Part shown: piece after piece, positions 46,080 through 59,122 of the stretch
How positions within the stretch are numbered: position 1 is the stretch's first letter
Layout of the letters: each line of letters starts with the position of its first letter
Source: Mobula hypostoma
Lineage: Eukaryota
Reading direction: 5' to 3'
NCBI RefSeq assembly: GCF_963921235.1
Contig: NC_086109.1
Span: forward strand, 16,618,001 to 16,682,000
DNA length: 64,000 bases
Notes under the pieces: model-generated
What the model saw: only the letters and a program-made list of their open reading frames with translations
Database searches by the model: none
What the model was told of the DNA's origin: nothing
Program-made: the position numbers and the translations under genes

Positions 46080-47090
46080 AGCAAAATGTTTCTCTTCACT
46101 CTTCTCCCTGTTCCTGACCCTTTATTTTGCTCTTTCCCTTTCACTTTCCTCAGCCCTCTTCCCTTGCCACCTCACTTTCCTCTAACTTAATCCCCTTCCT
46201 ATACTCTCTTTCCCTTCCTCTACTCTATTCCTCTATAGGACCCTGGTCAGACCCCACTTGGAGTACTGTGCTCAGTTCTGGTCATCTCACTACAGGAAGG
46301 ATATGGAAACCATAGAAAGAGTGCAGAGGAGATTTACAAGGATGTTGCCTGGATTGGGGAGCATGTCTTATGAGAATAGGTTGAGTGAACTCGGCCTTTT
46401 CTCCTTGGAGCGACAGCGGATGAGAGGTGACCTGATAGAGGTGTACAAGATAATGAGAGGTATTGGTCATGTGGATAGTCAGAGCTTTTCCCCAGGGCTG
46501 AAATGGCTAGCACAAGAGGGCATAGTTTTAAGGTGCTTGGAAGAGGGTACAGAGAAGATGTCAAGGGTAAGTTTTTTACGCAGAAAGTGGTGAGTGCGTG
46601 GAATGGGCTGCCGGCGGCAGCGGTGGAGGTGGAAACAATAGGGTCTTTTAAGAGACTCCTGGATGGCTACGTGGAGCTTAGAAAAATAGAGGACTATGGG
46701 TAAAGCCTAGGTAGTCCTAAGGTAGGGATATGTTCGGCACAGCTTTGTGGGCCTAAGGGCCTGTATCGTGCTGTATGTTTCTATGTTTTCCTGTACCCTC
46801 TTCCCCTTCCTCTACTCTCTTCCCCTTTCCTTTTTTCCTCTTCCCCTTCCACTACCCTTTTTCCTTTCCTCTGTACTATTCTGCCACTGCCCTTTCTTCT
46901 AGCCTCATCTCCTTCCTTTGCCTCTTTCTCTGGTACCTCCTCTACCCTCTTCCCCAACCTTTCTTCTTCTCTTTGCCTCTCTTTTCCTGCCCCTTCACCT
47001 TTCTTTACCCTCTTTTCATTATTCTTCCCCTTCTCCTTTCATCTTTTTCCTCTAATTCTCTTCCTCCACCCCCTTGTAATCTCCATTTGC
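46080..47090. repeat. Pyrimidine-rich low-complexity tract with a + strand CR1 3' insertion (~46233-46788)
   Basis: CT-rich sequence on both sides; ORF 46258 EYCAQFWSSHYRKDMETIERVQRRFTRMLPG. Confidence 0.85.
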
Positions 47091-47401
47091 ATCTCAGCTA
47101 CGACTTCATCTCCACCAGCCAAACTGCAACACAAACTGAAGTCTGTAATGAGAAACCTTCAGCTAGGAAAATTCTAGCTCACAATAAGGCAACATAGACC
47201 GCAAATCGACTGATATCTTTACTGGATGTGCTGCGAGTAGTTCTGTACTGGATCTTTCAATTAGGTTGAGAGCTGATATGGAAAACTGAAGTGTTTATAC
47301 AAACACAAATGGCGTGGTTGGATTTAAGTAAATGTGTTCTTATCTGACCCCCTTGTGGTGTGACTATCGGTGAGTGTTTGCAAGCCATATGTAATAAATG
47401 A

Positions 47402-47762
47402 TGTCAGCGTGGCAGACCCTGTTCCCAACAATACTTTCTAAGTTGCTATGATAGACACCCAACCATGCCAGCTTCTATAATTGTGGTGATCTAACTCTCT
47501 GGAGTTTGGATAGCTGGCATAGCCCCTTTAAGGATTCAGAACCGTCCTGCTAATTGGCTGCCATGATTTGGCGCCAGGATTTCAGTATTTATGGACCATC
47601 TGAACGGAGGTTCAGGGCCCATTCGTAAGCTCAACTTGGGTTATCGTCTAGCGTCTCGTTCAGTGCTCAGTTCTCATTTCGTTCCGGTACCATATCCTGA
47701 TCCTAGCCTCGGATACTCCAGCATCTGGGTCCTAATCATCCTCGTCAAGGTTTCTCGTCACA
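47402..47762 (+). mobile_element. Candidate solo LTR (361 bp)
   Basis: TGTCAGCG...CTCGTCACA ends, flanks aaatga/aaatgg, internal ATTGG and TATTTAT, CpG-richer than its surroundings. Confidence 0.55.
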
Positions 47763-48007
47763 AAATGGTTAACATCACTGAGTAAAATTCATTCCCCATC
47801 TTTGCAGAGTGCTGATACACGATACAGGTACTTCTCCCTATCAAAGCATTTCTGTTGCGTTGCGGTTGAATAGCAAGCAGCTTATGGACCTGCAGTAGAC
47901 AGACAGAGTGGAGCCTGTAAAATAAATGGGTTGTGCATCAATCAAAACATTTACAAATTGTCTTTTTTTTTGTATTATAAAGAAGGATTCAAGCTAGTTT
48001 TAGCAGA

Positions 48008-49270
48008 TAGAATATAGAACAGCACAGTACAGGCCCTTCAGCCCACCATGTTTGTGCTGACCTTTTCCAAGATCAATATAACTCTTCCCTCCTACAGACC
48101 CCTCCATTTTTCTTTCATCCACGTACGAGTTTCTTAAATATCCCAAACGTATTTGCTTCGACCATCTCCCCGGCACTTTGTCCCATTCACTTATCTCTCT
48201 GTTTAAAAATTTATAACATTCCCCCTATACTTTCCTCCAATCACCTTAAAGTGATGCCTTTTCGTATTAGCCATTGCCACCCTGGGAAAATGCACTTGCT
48301 GCCCACTCTATCCATATATATTTCTATCAAGCTACCTTTCATCCTCCTTTGCTCCAAAGAGAAAAGTCCTTGCTCGCTCACTCTTTCCTGATAGGACATG
48401 CTTTCTAATCCAGGTAAATCTCCTCTGCACCATCTCTAAAGCTACCATATTCTTCCTGCAATGAGGCGAACAGAACAGATCACAATGCTCCAAGTGATAT
48501 CTAATCCGGGTTTTTCTACAATATTACCTTGTGGCTTTTGAACTCAATCCCCTGACTAATGAAAGCCAACATACCATACGCCTTTTTAACAACCTGATCA
48601 GGTTTTGCTGCAACTTTGAGGGATCTCTGGACATGGACCCCAAGATTTCTCTGTTCCTCTGCACAGCTAAGAATTCTATCATTAACCTTGTACTCTGCCT
48701 TCAAGTTCAACCTTCCAAGATGTATCACTCCACACTTCTCCAGACTGAACTCCATCTAGCACATCTCAGCCCAGCTCTGTATCTTATCAAAAGTCCTGTA
48801 GTAACCTTCTTCACTATCCACAACCTTCTGCAAAGTTACGAACACACTCTTCCACTTCCTCCTCCAATATTTTAATAAAAATTTATATAACTAAGAGCAG
48901 GAGTCTCAGACAGATCCCTGCATAACTCCACCAGTCACAGACCTCCAGGCAGAATAACCTCCATCTACTACCATCCATCCTCTGCCTTCTGTGGACAAGC
49001 CAATTCTGAATCCATATAGCTGAGTTTCCCTAGATCTCATGCCTCCTGGTTTTATGAACGAACTTACCATGGGGAATTTTGTCAAAAGCCTTACTAAGAT
49101 CCACGTACACCACATCGTCCATTCTACCTTCATCACAAACAAGAGACAATCGTCCTGCTGAAGGGTCTCGGCCTGAAACCTTGACTGTACTCTTTTCCAT
49201 AGACTCTGCCTTCATCAGTTCATTTTGCCACTCTCTTGAAGAATTCAAGCAGGCTCATGAGGCATGACCT
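48008..49270 (-). mobile_element. CR1 RT fragment with a 69-bp PLE insert (49136-49204)
   Basis: MDDVVYVDLSKAFDKIPHG, MEFSLEKCGVIHLG, KKAYGMLAFISQGIE; insert flanked by tctaccttcatca/tctgccttcatca. Confidence 0.88.
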
Positions 49271-50169
49271 GTAACTCATAGTTGAGGATAGGGCTGTTCA
49301 CATGGGAATATTCCTCCAGGGTGAGTAATGTTCAAAACCTTCATAAGTTAGAGAGGGAGTAAGAGCAGCTTATAAGGAAACTGCTCACAAGTAGGGATTG
49401 CATTTACAGATGGGGACTGGTTCTCTTAAACAACCCCTGAAATGAACTATGAGTGGGAAGTAAATATGAGTAGAACTCATAATTACAGTTGTTTAAAGTT
49501 TTCTAAGCACAGAGTGCAGGTCATATTAATATACAAAACTTTTGCAGTATCTTATGTCAGTATATAATACCTTATGTCACATAATTCCTCGTGCTTGCAT
49601 CTAAATCATTTTATTTGAGCAGATTGCTCGGTCTAAATAAACATTTAAAAGATTTCTGGGTTGTGTCACTCCGGGAGCCTAGACTAGCTTTTCCCATCAG
49701 TCTTAGGCTGATAGGTATAGGAGACAACCTCCCGCAAAGGCATTAAGGGCTTTGGGAGCCCGGGGAGGGATGGGGATGGGGTTTGTTTAGCAATGAGCCT
49801 GGGTGGTATCTTAGGCCATACTGCACACACTAGAAACCTTGCTTCAGGTCGATAATAATTGCCTCCTGAGCCAAATGGCACGGGCTTCCCAGGATTCAAC
49901 AACCTAATGGATAATAGATTCAGCCACTGCTGCCTTCGAGGACCTTGCAAAGAATTCAACTTTCCCGTGCAACTGAGGTGAAGTTTGTAATGGGCAACAG
50001 TGTACTGGTAGAGAGCTTACTCTCTTCCTAGTATTCTTCTTGTGAGAAAAGCCAATTAATTCTTTATTTTTGCTCTTCAACTTCCTTTACAACTCATTAC
50101 AGAGCATTATGTGGATGGTTGAGCCCACATCTGAAGGGATTTACTTTAATATTTGTTGGCGGCATGTTG

Positions 50170-50520
50170 CTGTTACTAACAGGACCGGAATTTACTTTCC
50201 ATACACAATTTTTCTGGAACAATGTGGCAGGCTGGGTCTGTTGATTGGACAGTTGAGAGTTAACAATATTGCTTTGAGTTAGGAGTCGCATAGAGGTCAG
50301 ACCAGTTAGGAGAGGGAGTATTCTCCCTCTCAGGGCTGGTGAACCAGCTGGATTTTGACAATTGGGTAGTTTCATAGAAGTAGATATGAATTGTATAATT
50401 ATTGTATTTATTTAATGTAATTTAAATACCTCCTTTAAAGTGAGATTTGATATCTCGTCTCTGGAAGATTAGTCCAGCCCTCTGGATTACTAGCCCAGTG
50501 TCATAACCACTATGCCATTA
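50170..50520 (-). mobile_element. Old tRNA-derived SINE; related relics at ~33640-33905, 34770-34990, 45560-45880
   Basis: 'ggacagttgagagttaac...gtgaaccagctggattttgacaat...ctctggattactagcccagtgtcataaccactatgcca' (reverse tRNA head); motifs shared among the copies. Confidence 0.6.
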
Positions 50521-52084
50521 TAGCCCTCCTCCTCTCTAGTGCCCACTCAATGACCCTGGGAATTAACTCCGTCATTTTTTTCTAATTTGGAGATTTACTG
50601 TTGCACGTTCAGATAATGATCCCTTTGAGATTCCTGACATTTTCAAAGTGGTGGGGAGACCAAATAAAAGAGTTTCTGCACAGATGGATATTCTCAGTGG
50701 CAAGTCCCCTATCTCAGTTCAGGAGGCTGGCTCGGTGGATCAAATTGGACAAAATAGCTCTGTCCTTGCCTATGAACAGATGGTGAAAGGCAGCTGAACA
50801 ATAATGGACAAACTGATTTAGCTGCTTACAACCTTAAAATGGCTTCAGGCATCAACTGCAATCGTGTATGGCAGTGTTGTTCCTAGTGTTAAGACTATTG
50901 TTAAGGATCCAGCATTACTCTCAAGTGACCTACAGGCCTTTAGGCATTGCCATCATGATTCTATTGATGTTTTATAGAGACAAAGCAACTCATTTAAAGA
51001 CCCAGGCTGCTTAGTTAGTTTCCTTTCAATAAGTTTTCCAGAAATTGTCTTTTCTTTTCCACAAATAGCAGACAGAGGTTCAGGCATTTATCGCGAAAAG
51101 AAAAATCATTGCTATCTCGATACAGGTTACGTCTATTTTTCTAATGCACCCTCTGTGCCATCGTCCTAAAGCAGCTCCTTTTTAGAGAAGGATAGCGGGC
51201 AATGATCAAGAGTCAGGAAACAATGAGACCATGTTGGGAATTTCCCAGTTCCCAGTTATAAATTAATACTCCTGGAACTTGTCTCAATATCGTTAATGCA
51301 CTGATCATTACTGTAGTCCATTGATAGTTCTTAGCAATGTAATCCTGACTGAAACATTTAAGATTTTGAGCAAACTTGAGAATGTAATTCTGCTTGTCAG
51401 GAATCCAAAACATGAGGTTATATATATTCAGAGTAAGAGTTCAGCTATTTATGATGGAATTGTGAAGGAATTTCTTCTTCCTAAGAGCTGTGCGTCTTTG
51501 TACTTCTCTGTCTGAGAGGGTCAGGGAGGCAAAATCATTGAATATATTCAAGGCTGAGAGAACTGCATTGCGGGTAATAGGGGACAGCTAGAAAACTAGA
51601 GTTGAGACCACATTTAAATTAACAATGAGAACTTTCTAAACACTAGAGAGACCCAAGGGATCTCGTGGCCTATTCCTGATCCTATTTTGTACATTTTTAA
51701 GTTGCATATAAGGAGGATTGGCACAACGCAAGATTGTTGGAAATTTTATAACGATTGGGGAATAACAAGCAACATTACAAACTACGGTCTAACAGGAACA
51801 GAGTTCTAAAAAAATGTTTTGTCCTGGTAATACAGTGGAAAGTTTTCATGTGCAATAAGATAGTTCCGTATCTGTAAATGCGATCAATAACATTGTGTGC
51901 ACTGACGATGTTTGGCGTGCTGCTGTTACATTAATTGATGTGTAGCAGACAAATCATGTCCCTGTTCAAAGTTCAAAGTTAATTTATTATAAAAGTGTGT
52001 ATATGTTGCCACATACTACCTTGAAATTCATTTTCTTACATTCAGTTACAGGAAAAAAGAAATATAATAGAAGTTTATGAAAAA

Positions 52085-53575
52085 CTCTCCAAAAGCTCTA
52101 TAAAACCCTGGTTAGACCACTCTTGGAATATTATGTACAGTTCCGGTCACCTATATATTTATTTATTTATTGGGGTACAGCACAGAGTAGGCCCTTCTGG
52201 CCCTTCGAGACATGTCGCACAGCAACCCCTGATTTAATCCTGGTCTAATCATGGGACAATTTACTATGAACAATTATCCTTTGGTTGCTGGGTGGGTGGA
52301 AACCAGAGCACCCAGAGGGAACCCACGCAGGGAGAACGTACAAACTCCTTACAGGCTGCAGCAGGAATTGAACCCATGTTGCCTGTTGTCTGTACTGTAA
52401 AGTGTTGTGCTAGCCACTATGCTACCATGCCGCACAATCTAGGAAGGATGTGGAAGCTTTAGCAAGGGTGTAGGGGAGATTTACTGGACTAGATAATCTG
52501 TCTTATGTGGCTAGGTTAAGTGAGCTAGGGTTAATTTTTCTCTTTGGATCAAAGGAGAATGAGAGGTGACTTGATAGAGGTTTACAAGGCAATGAGGCAT
52601 AGATTAAGTGGACAACCGGAGACTTTTCCCCAGGGCGGAAATGGCTATTACAAGGAGTCATAATATTAGAAGGGAGGAGAAGATGGCGGCGCGACGCAGC
52701 ATACGCGGCCATTCCGAATGATATCATATGTGTTAACTAGGGGCCATGCACAATCCTGATTTGATGGAGACAGCGGTGAGAAGCACAGAGGAACACCCGA
52801 AGAAACTTCTGAAATGCCCGCTTCACTGCCGCTGCTACTGTGTGATCGAGAATCTCTGGAGGGGAAGGCCTCAAATCCTTGTCTTTGTCTACTGCCTGTT
52901 GCCGGGGCCGGGGTCGAAGCGCTCAGCAGAGATGGTGCTCAGTGCTCGGTGTCGGAGAGCTGGTCGGAGGCTCGGAGTTTTCGGACAGACTCAGAGTCGG
53001 ACTGTGGTCGGATGCTTCCAGGATGCTGCTTCGGCAAGTTTGCGGTGCTGGAGGTTACCGTCTGCATGAGATGATGGGACTTTCGAGAGACTTAGGAACT
53101 TTTTACCGTGCCCAAGGTCTGTTCTTTATCAAATTACGGTATTGCTTGCACTGTTGTAACTATATGTTATAATTATGTGGTTTTTGTCAGTTTTTCAGTC
53201 AGTTTGTCATGTGTTTCTGTGATATCGTTCTGGAGAAACATTGTATCATTTCTTAATGCATGCATTACTAAATGACAATAAAAGAGGTCCTCATAATCTA
53301 ATCTAATCTAATCTATTAAAGTGATTGGAGGAAAGTATCAGGAGGATGTCAGAGGTAAGTTGTCTACATAGAGTGCACTGGATAGGTGGAACACCCTGTC
53401 AGGGGAGGTAGTAGAAGCAGAAATATTAGGGCCATTTAGGAAACTCTTAGATAGGTGCATGAACGATAGAAAAATAGAGGGCTATGTAAGAGGGAACGGT
53501 TAAGTTGATCTTAGAGTAGGTTAAAAGGTTGGCACAACATCGTGAGCCAAAGGGCTTACACGATGCTGTTCTACA
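52085..53575 (+). mobile_element. CR1 3' fragment hosting a minus-strand V-SINE (~52155-52435) and the 52669-53313 element
   Basis: 'ctctataaaaccctggttagaccactcttggaatatt' ... 'aggaaggatgtggaagcttt' ... 'aaagtgattggaggaaag' are collinear CR1 pieces. Confidence 0.8.
52669..53313 (+). mobile_element. Young non-autonomous retroposon with 5' YY1-like motif and (AATCT)n tail
   Basis: AAGATGGCGGC at 52680-52690, CpG-rich body, AATAAA then (aatct)4, 5-bp TSD TATTA. Confidence 0.7.
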
Positions 53576-54585
53576 GTATGCTGGATTTACGTGTAAACGA
53601 AGACTGATCAACAGCTAATGTGCAAAGGAAGACAAACTGTGCTAATACAATTAATACTGAGAATGAGCATATTATACACGTCCTTGAACCTGAGTCTGTA
53701 GGTCAGAGAATCAAATTAGTGTACCAGTGAATAAAATTATCCACACTGGTTCAGGAGCATGATGTTTGGAGGGACCTAAAGCTTCTCTACCTCCTACCTG
53801 ATGGTAGTGAAGAGAGAGCATGGCCTGGTGGTGGGGGATTTTGATGATGGTTGCTGCTTTCTAGAGACAATGCACCATGTAAATGTGCTCATTGCTAGGG
53901 AGGGGAGGAGACTGGGTTGTATCCACCACTTATGGAGCTTCAATCTTGTAAGAGGAACATAGGTTATGTGTCAGCTTTGAAAGTTTCAACAGACCTCAAA
54001 AGAACAATAACTTACAGCCCCAGGAACTCAGGGAATCCAGCAGTGAAGCCTAGAGTCTTCAGAGATGGTTCATATCCATGTTGCCCTCTTTTGCTGTTAC
54101 TGGGCTCCAGGGGTAGTCCTTCCTTCTCAACTTTCAATGACACTGTACCCTATGGCCAATAAGGTCAAAGTGCTGGTCTAAAGGTCTTATGGTCTATCAC
54201 CCACCTACAGTAAAAGACAAATTTGTCCCAAGGTGATCCCATTACTTGAATCTGTTTTTCCCAGCACACAGACCAATTTCGACCTTCTACCATGCAAGGC
54301 TCTACAGATCAATGATCATATTTCTTTAGTAATTAATGTGCAGTTTCCATTCTGTAAAGCACAGAAGGTCCAGGATTCATGACTATTTCTCATTGTGTGT
54401 GATAACATGTCATAAACCCTGTGATCTTGCAGAAGCTGCTGCTGGAGCCCAGGAAGTACTACAAAGCCAATGCACAGTGTTGTTATGAAGGCATATGGTG
54501 TGTTTGCCATTTGCAGCTCGGTATAACACTGGTTAGCCCACACTTGAAAGATAGGTTGAGAATCACTTATCCGAAATTCCAAAAT

Positions 54586-56415
54586 AGAATCATAGAGTCA
54601 TAGAACACTACGGCATAGAAATAGGCCCTTCAGCCCATCTAGTCAATGCTGTACCATTAATCCATCTAATCCCATTGAACTGCACCCTGACCATAGCCCT
54701 CCATACCCCTCTCATCCAAGAACCTATCCAAATTTCTCTTAAGTGTTGAAATCGAACACACATCCTTCACTTGCGCTCATTCTACCACCCTCCATGTGAA
54801 AAATTTCCCTCTCATGTTCCCCTTAAACATTTCCCCTCTCACCCTTAACCCATGACCTCTAGTTGTAGTCTCGCCCAACCTCAGTGGAAAAAGCCTGCTT
54901 GCATTTACCCTACCTTTACCCCTCATAATTTTGTATACATCTATCAAATCTCCCCTCAGTCTTCTAGATTCTAGAGAATAAAGTCCAAACCCTGTTCCAC
55001 CCTTTCCTATAATCCAGGTCCTCAAGTCCCAGCTGCATTGTTGTAAAGTTTCTCCACACTCTTTCAATCTTATTTGTATCTTTCCTGTAGGTAGGTGTCC
55101 AAAGCTGGGCACAATATTCCAAATTAGGTTCACCAATGTCTTATAGAAATTCGACATAACGTCTCAACTCCTGTACTGAATACATTGATTTCTGAAGGTC
55201 AATGTGCCAAGAGCTTTCCTTGTGACCCTATCTCCTTATGGCACCTTGAGACCCTCTGTTCATTGGGGTTGACTATGGATGTTGCTTATGTTACACAAGC
55301 CAGGGCAGTATAACATGAAGCTGCTGCGCACGTAGCAGACCCCACCCATGCAGCTGGTAAATCTAAAGAAATGACGGAGGCCAATACAGTTTGGCACCAG
55401 CAGCATCACCAGAGCTACCAGTCAGTGTTTAACCCAACATAAGACTGCTTTAGGGATCTCAGCTCCGGATTTTTCCTCAGTATTTACCTCCAAAGCCTTT
55501 CCCATGAGTGGGTCTAGCCACAAGGCAGTGGAGTTTTGAGATCAGAGCTTTCCTTCTCCTAGATGAGCTGCCAATCTCTGCTGATGAGTCCCATCTGCTC
55601 AAAGCAACTGGTTTTAAGGTGCCAGTAACCTGCCTTTTCCCCTTCTCCTCTTAGTAGAAATGGCTTTACTGGGACTAGAAGCCAAGCCACACATGAAGGG
55701 CAGGAACTGGAGTTGGCTGCCAGGGGCTATTTGAAATGCATGCCATTGGGAGCAATTAATAGATAGTGGAAGCTTATCCCCACTACCATACCCAACTATA
55801 ATAACCTTAAGGAACCTGCGATGCCACCTTGAAGGAATTATGGATCTGTATTTCCAGATCCCTTTGTCCTACTGAACTCCTTAGTGCCCTGACACTCGCC
55901 ATATAAGACCTACTCTGGTTGGTCCTCCCAAAGTGCAATACCTCACACTGTCTGTATTCAATTCCATATGCCATTTCTCAGTCCATTTTTTCAGCTGGTC
56001 CAGATCCTGGTGCAAGCTTTGTTAGTCATTCCACTGTCCACTACACCCACAATTTTGGTGTCATCTGCAAATTTGCTGATCCAGTTTACCACATTATCAT
56101 CCAGATCGTTGATACAGATGACAAACAACACCAGACCTAGCACCACTCCATGAAGTACACCTCTGGTCACAGGCCTCCAGTCAGAAAGGCACCCATCTAC
56201 TACCACTCTCTGGCTTCTCTCGCAAAGCCAACGTCCAATCCAATTTACTACCTCATCTTGAATGGCCAGCGACCGAACCCTTTTGACCAACTTCGCATGC
56301 AGGATCTGGTCAAAGACCTTGCTAAAGTCCATTTAGATGACACCACCCGCCTTGCCTTCATCAATGTTCCTGGTAACTTCCTCAGAAAACTCTATAATAT
56401 TGGTGAGACATGACT
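54586..56415 (-). mobile_element. CR1 LINE RT/3' end split by an RTE derivative
   Basis: MDFSKVFDQILH...INDLDDNVVNWISKFADDTK (55991-56332); GLYSLESRRLRGDLIDVYKIMRG (54777-55157). Confidence 0.9.
55245..55814 (-). mobile_element. Non-autonomous bipartite RTE derivative (second copy)
   Basis: Collinear with 38920-39492; interrupts CR1 'accctatct...cctgcgatgccac'. Confidence 0.75.
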
Positions 56416-56599
56416 AACAATACATATGTGTGATTTGAGAATTTCAATATGCGTTAGTTGGAGTTTGATTAGCAGTTTAATTTGTTGAACTGTGGTGCTA
56501 CTGGTTAAGCCATTGCCCTACAACACTGGAGACCTGAGTTCAGTCCTGACTTTGGGTGTTGACTGTATGTTCCTCCTCAGACTTGTGAGAACGGAGCAA

Positions 56600-57129
56600 T
56601 AGATTGATAGATTAAAAGTTTGGCACCACATCATGGGCTGAAGGTCCTGTACTGCTCTGTGTTCTATTAACATCCTAATGAAAAATAAATGCTTTTACAC
56701 ATGAATGGTGTTGGTTGGCTCTTAACTTCCATCTTAAGGGTCCTAGTAGGCCATTCAGTCAAGGCAATTAGGAATAGAGAGCAAGTCCCTACCTTTATGA
56801 CAAATTTTGGAACCCACCCAATTGAAGGTGGGTGCTCCAAGGTAGAATGATGAAAATCAGAGACCAGATTTGGATAGATGCCAAACTGAAAGCATTGGAG
56901 GGCAGGAGCAGCCCATACAAACACAGCTACAAACTGTCCCAGTGGAAGTTTGTCACAGCTCCTCATGTCTGCTCCATAAGATCACAGAGTTCTGACTGTG
57001 ATCTGTATTCCATGTTCCTGTTCCACCACAATAACTTTTCACCCCTCCCTTGTTTAACCTGCCTCAGCCTTAAAAGTAAAGACAGACTCTGATTCCACCA
57101 TATTTTAAGGGGAAAAGTTCAAATCACTC
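56600..57129 (+). repeat. Left arm of an inverted duplication
   Basis: Reverse complement of 58581-59122, e.g. 'acacatgaatggtgttggtt', 'catcttaagggtcctag', 'tcaaggcaattaggaa', 'cagagaccagatttggata'. Confidence 0.9.
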
Positions 57130-57419
57130 ACAACCTAGAAGCATATACTGCTTTTATTCCAGGTTTACAGGAACTGCAGTATTTTGCTTTAAGAATTCCA
57201 CCCTCCCATATGAGCCCATGTCATATTCTGTTTCCTAACTCTCTTTTCAACTTTGCTCAGTTGCTTCAATAAATGCAACTAATTCTGATACATGTCAAAA
57301 ACACTACAGAGAATTCATGTGCTAGCAAAGGGTAAGAATTAAATAGATATGGAACATTTTATTTTTTATCCATATGTAATTACAGATTACAATAGCATGA
57401 AACTGTCCTCATATTTAGG

Positions 57420-57820
57420 CCACAAGACACACGAGCAGAATTTGACCCATCTAGTCTGCTCCACCATTCAATCATGGCTGGTCTATTACCCCTCTCAACC
57501 TGATTTTCCTGCCTTCTCCCATAACCTTTGATACCCTTACTAATGAACAACTTATCAACCCCTGCTTTAAATATACTCAATGATTGGGCATCCACAGCCA
57601 TATGTGGCAATGAATTCCATAGATTCATAGTCCTCTGGCTTAAGAAATTCCTCCTCATCTTTGTTCTAAAGGGATATCCCTCTGTTCTGAGGCTGTGCCC
57701 TCTGGTCCTAGACTCACCCACTATAGGAAACATCCTCTGCGCATCCACTCAATCTAGCCCTTTCAATACTCGATAATGAGGGTCCTCCCCTCATTTTTCA
57801 AAACTCCAGTGAGTACAAGC
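57420..57820 (-). mobile_element. CR1 3' fragment
   Basis: RMFPIVGESRTRGHSLRTEGYPFRTKMRRNFLSQRTMNLWNSLP. Confidence 0.88.
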
Positions 57821-58580
57821 TCTCTTGCACACAAGCATAACCTGTTTCCACTCCAGAGTTCTAGCATCTGAGGGAACTGAGGAGATCAGCGTGGGATCTG
57901 TACACAGGCAGGAACGGGCTGGGAGGCTCCTGACAGATATGCATAAAGTTTGGGAGTTTTTGTGCTTTTTGTACCATTTTCACTTGGCCTCTTGGCTCCA
58001 TCAAAGAGGATCAGTGACTCCTTCTCTATTTCACAATGTCTAATTCCAGTGAATAAATGACAAAATTTTAATAGAGGATTTAAGATCATCCTTAATTCTA
58101 GCTGGAGCAGTAAGGCAAATATCTCTAGGTTCATGGGCCCAGGTATTCTCAAAGGGTGAGAACGGATTACAAGTAACAACACTAAGAGAGAGATGTGATC
58201 ATACACAGCAACAAAGAGACAATCACAAAGAGATGGAGTGAATAGATGAAGTAACAGTTCTCAGTGGCAGATGAGAGAAAGAAAGTCATAGACATGTATT
58301 AGCAAGTAGAATGAAAGGGAAGCAGCTACATACACTAACAATGGAAAAGTCATCAGCTAGACATTGAACACTATTGATTTTATACCTCACTCTGCCTCTC
58401 GAAACTAACGCCAGAAAGACCAAACGATAACAATTGACATTTAATGTGTTTCCATGTCACAGAGACATCATCAAACAAAATTAACAGCTAGCACCTATAA
58501 AGATACAGGGCAGAAAATCCAAAACAGGGTTGGAGATTCCTGACCTCAGAAACAGTTAACAGGTAGAGAGAAAAGGCAGA

Positions 58581-59122
58581 GAGTGATTTGAACTCGTCCC
58601 CTTCAAAAATACGGTGGAAGCAGAGTCTCTGAATATTTTTAAGGTTGAGGCAGATTAATCAAGGCAGTGGAGGGAGGAGGGTTGGTGGTGAAAGGTTATT
58701 GTGCATGAATGGGAACGTAGAGTACAGGTTACAGTCAGATCACCTATGATCTTATGGAGCAGTGACAAACTTTCATTGGGATAGTTTGTCGGTGTGTTTG
58801 CATGGGTTCCCCCTGCCCTTCAGTCCTTTCAGTTCAGCATTTATCCAAATCTGGTCTCTGAATTTCATTGTTTGGAGCACCTGCCTTCAATTGCCTGGGT
58901 TGCAAAATTTTGAATTCTTGTCATTAAGATAGGGACTTGCTACCTGTTCCTAATTGCCTTGAACAGCCTGCTAGGACCCTTAAGATGAAAATTAAGAGCG
59001 AACCAACACCATTCATGTGTGCAAGCATTTCTTTCTCATAAGGTAGCTAACAGAACATAGGGCAGTACATCACACTACGGGCCCTTCAGCCCACGATGCT
59101 GTGCCAACCTTTCAAACTATTT
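58581..59122 (-). repeat. Right arm of the inverted duplication
   Basis: See left arm. Confidence 0.9.

Noticed and set aside
46775..47197. 140-aa F/P/L/S-rich ORF resembling a membrane protein
   Set aside because: Product of a pyrimidine tract that lacks stop codons; same for 43809-44369, 40305-40637 and 59597-60076.
49684..49959. 91-aa minus-strand ORF in unique sequence
   Set aside because: No recognisable motif, non-ATG start, no convincing splice sites.
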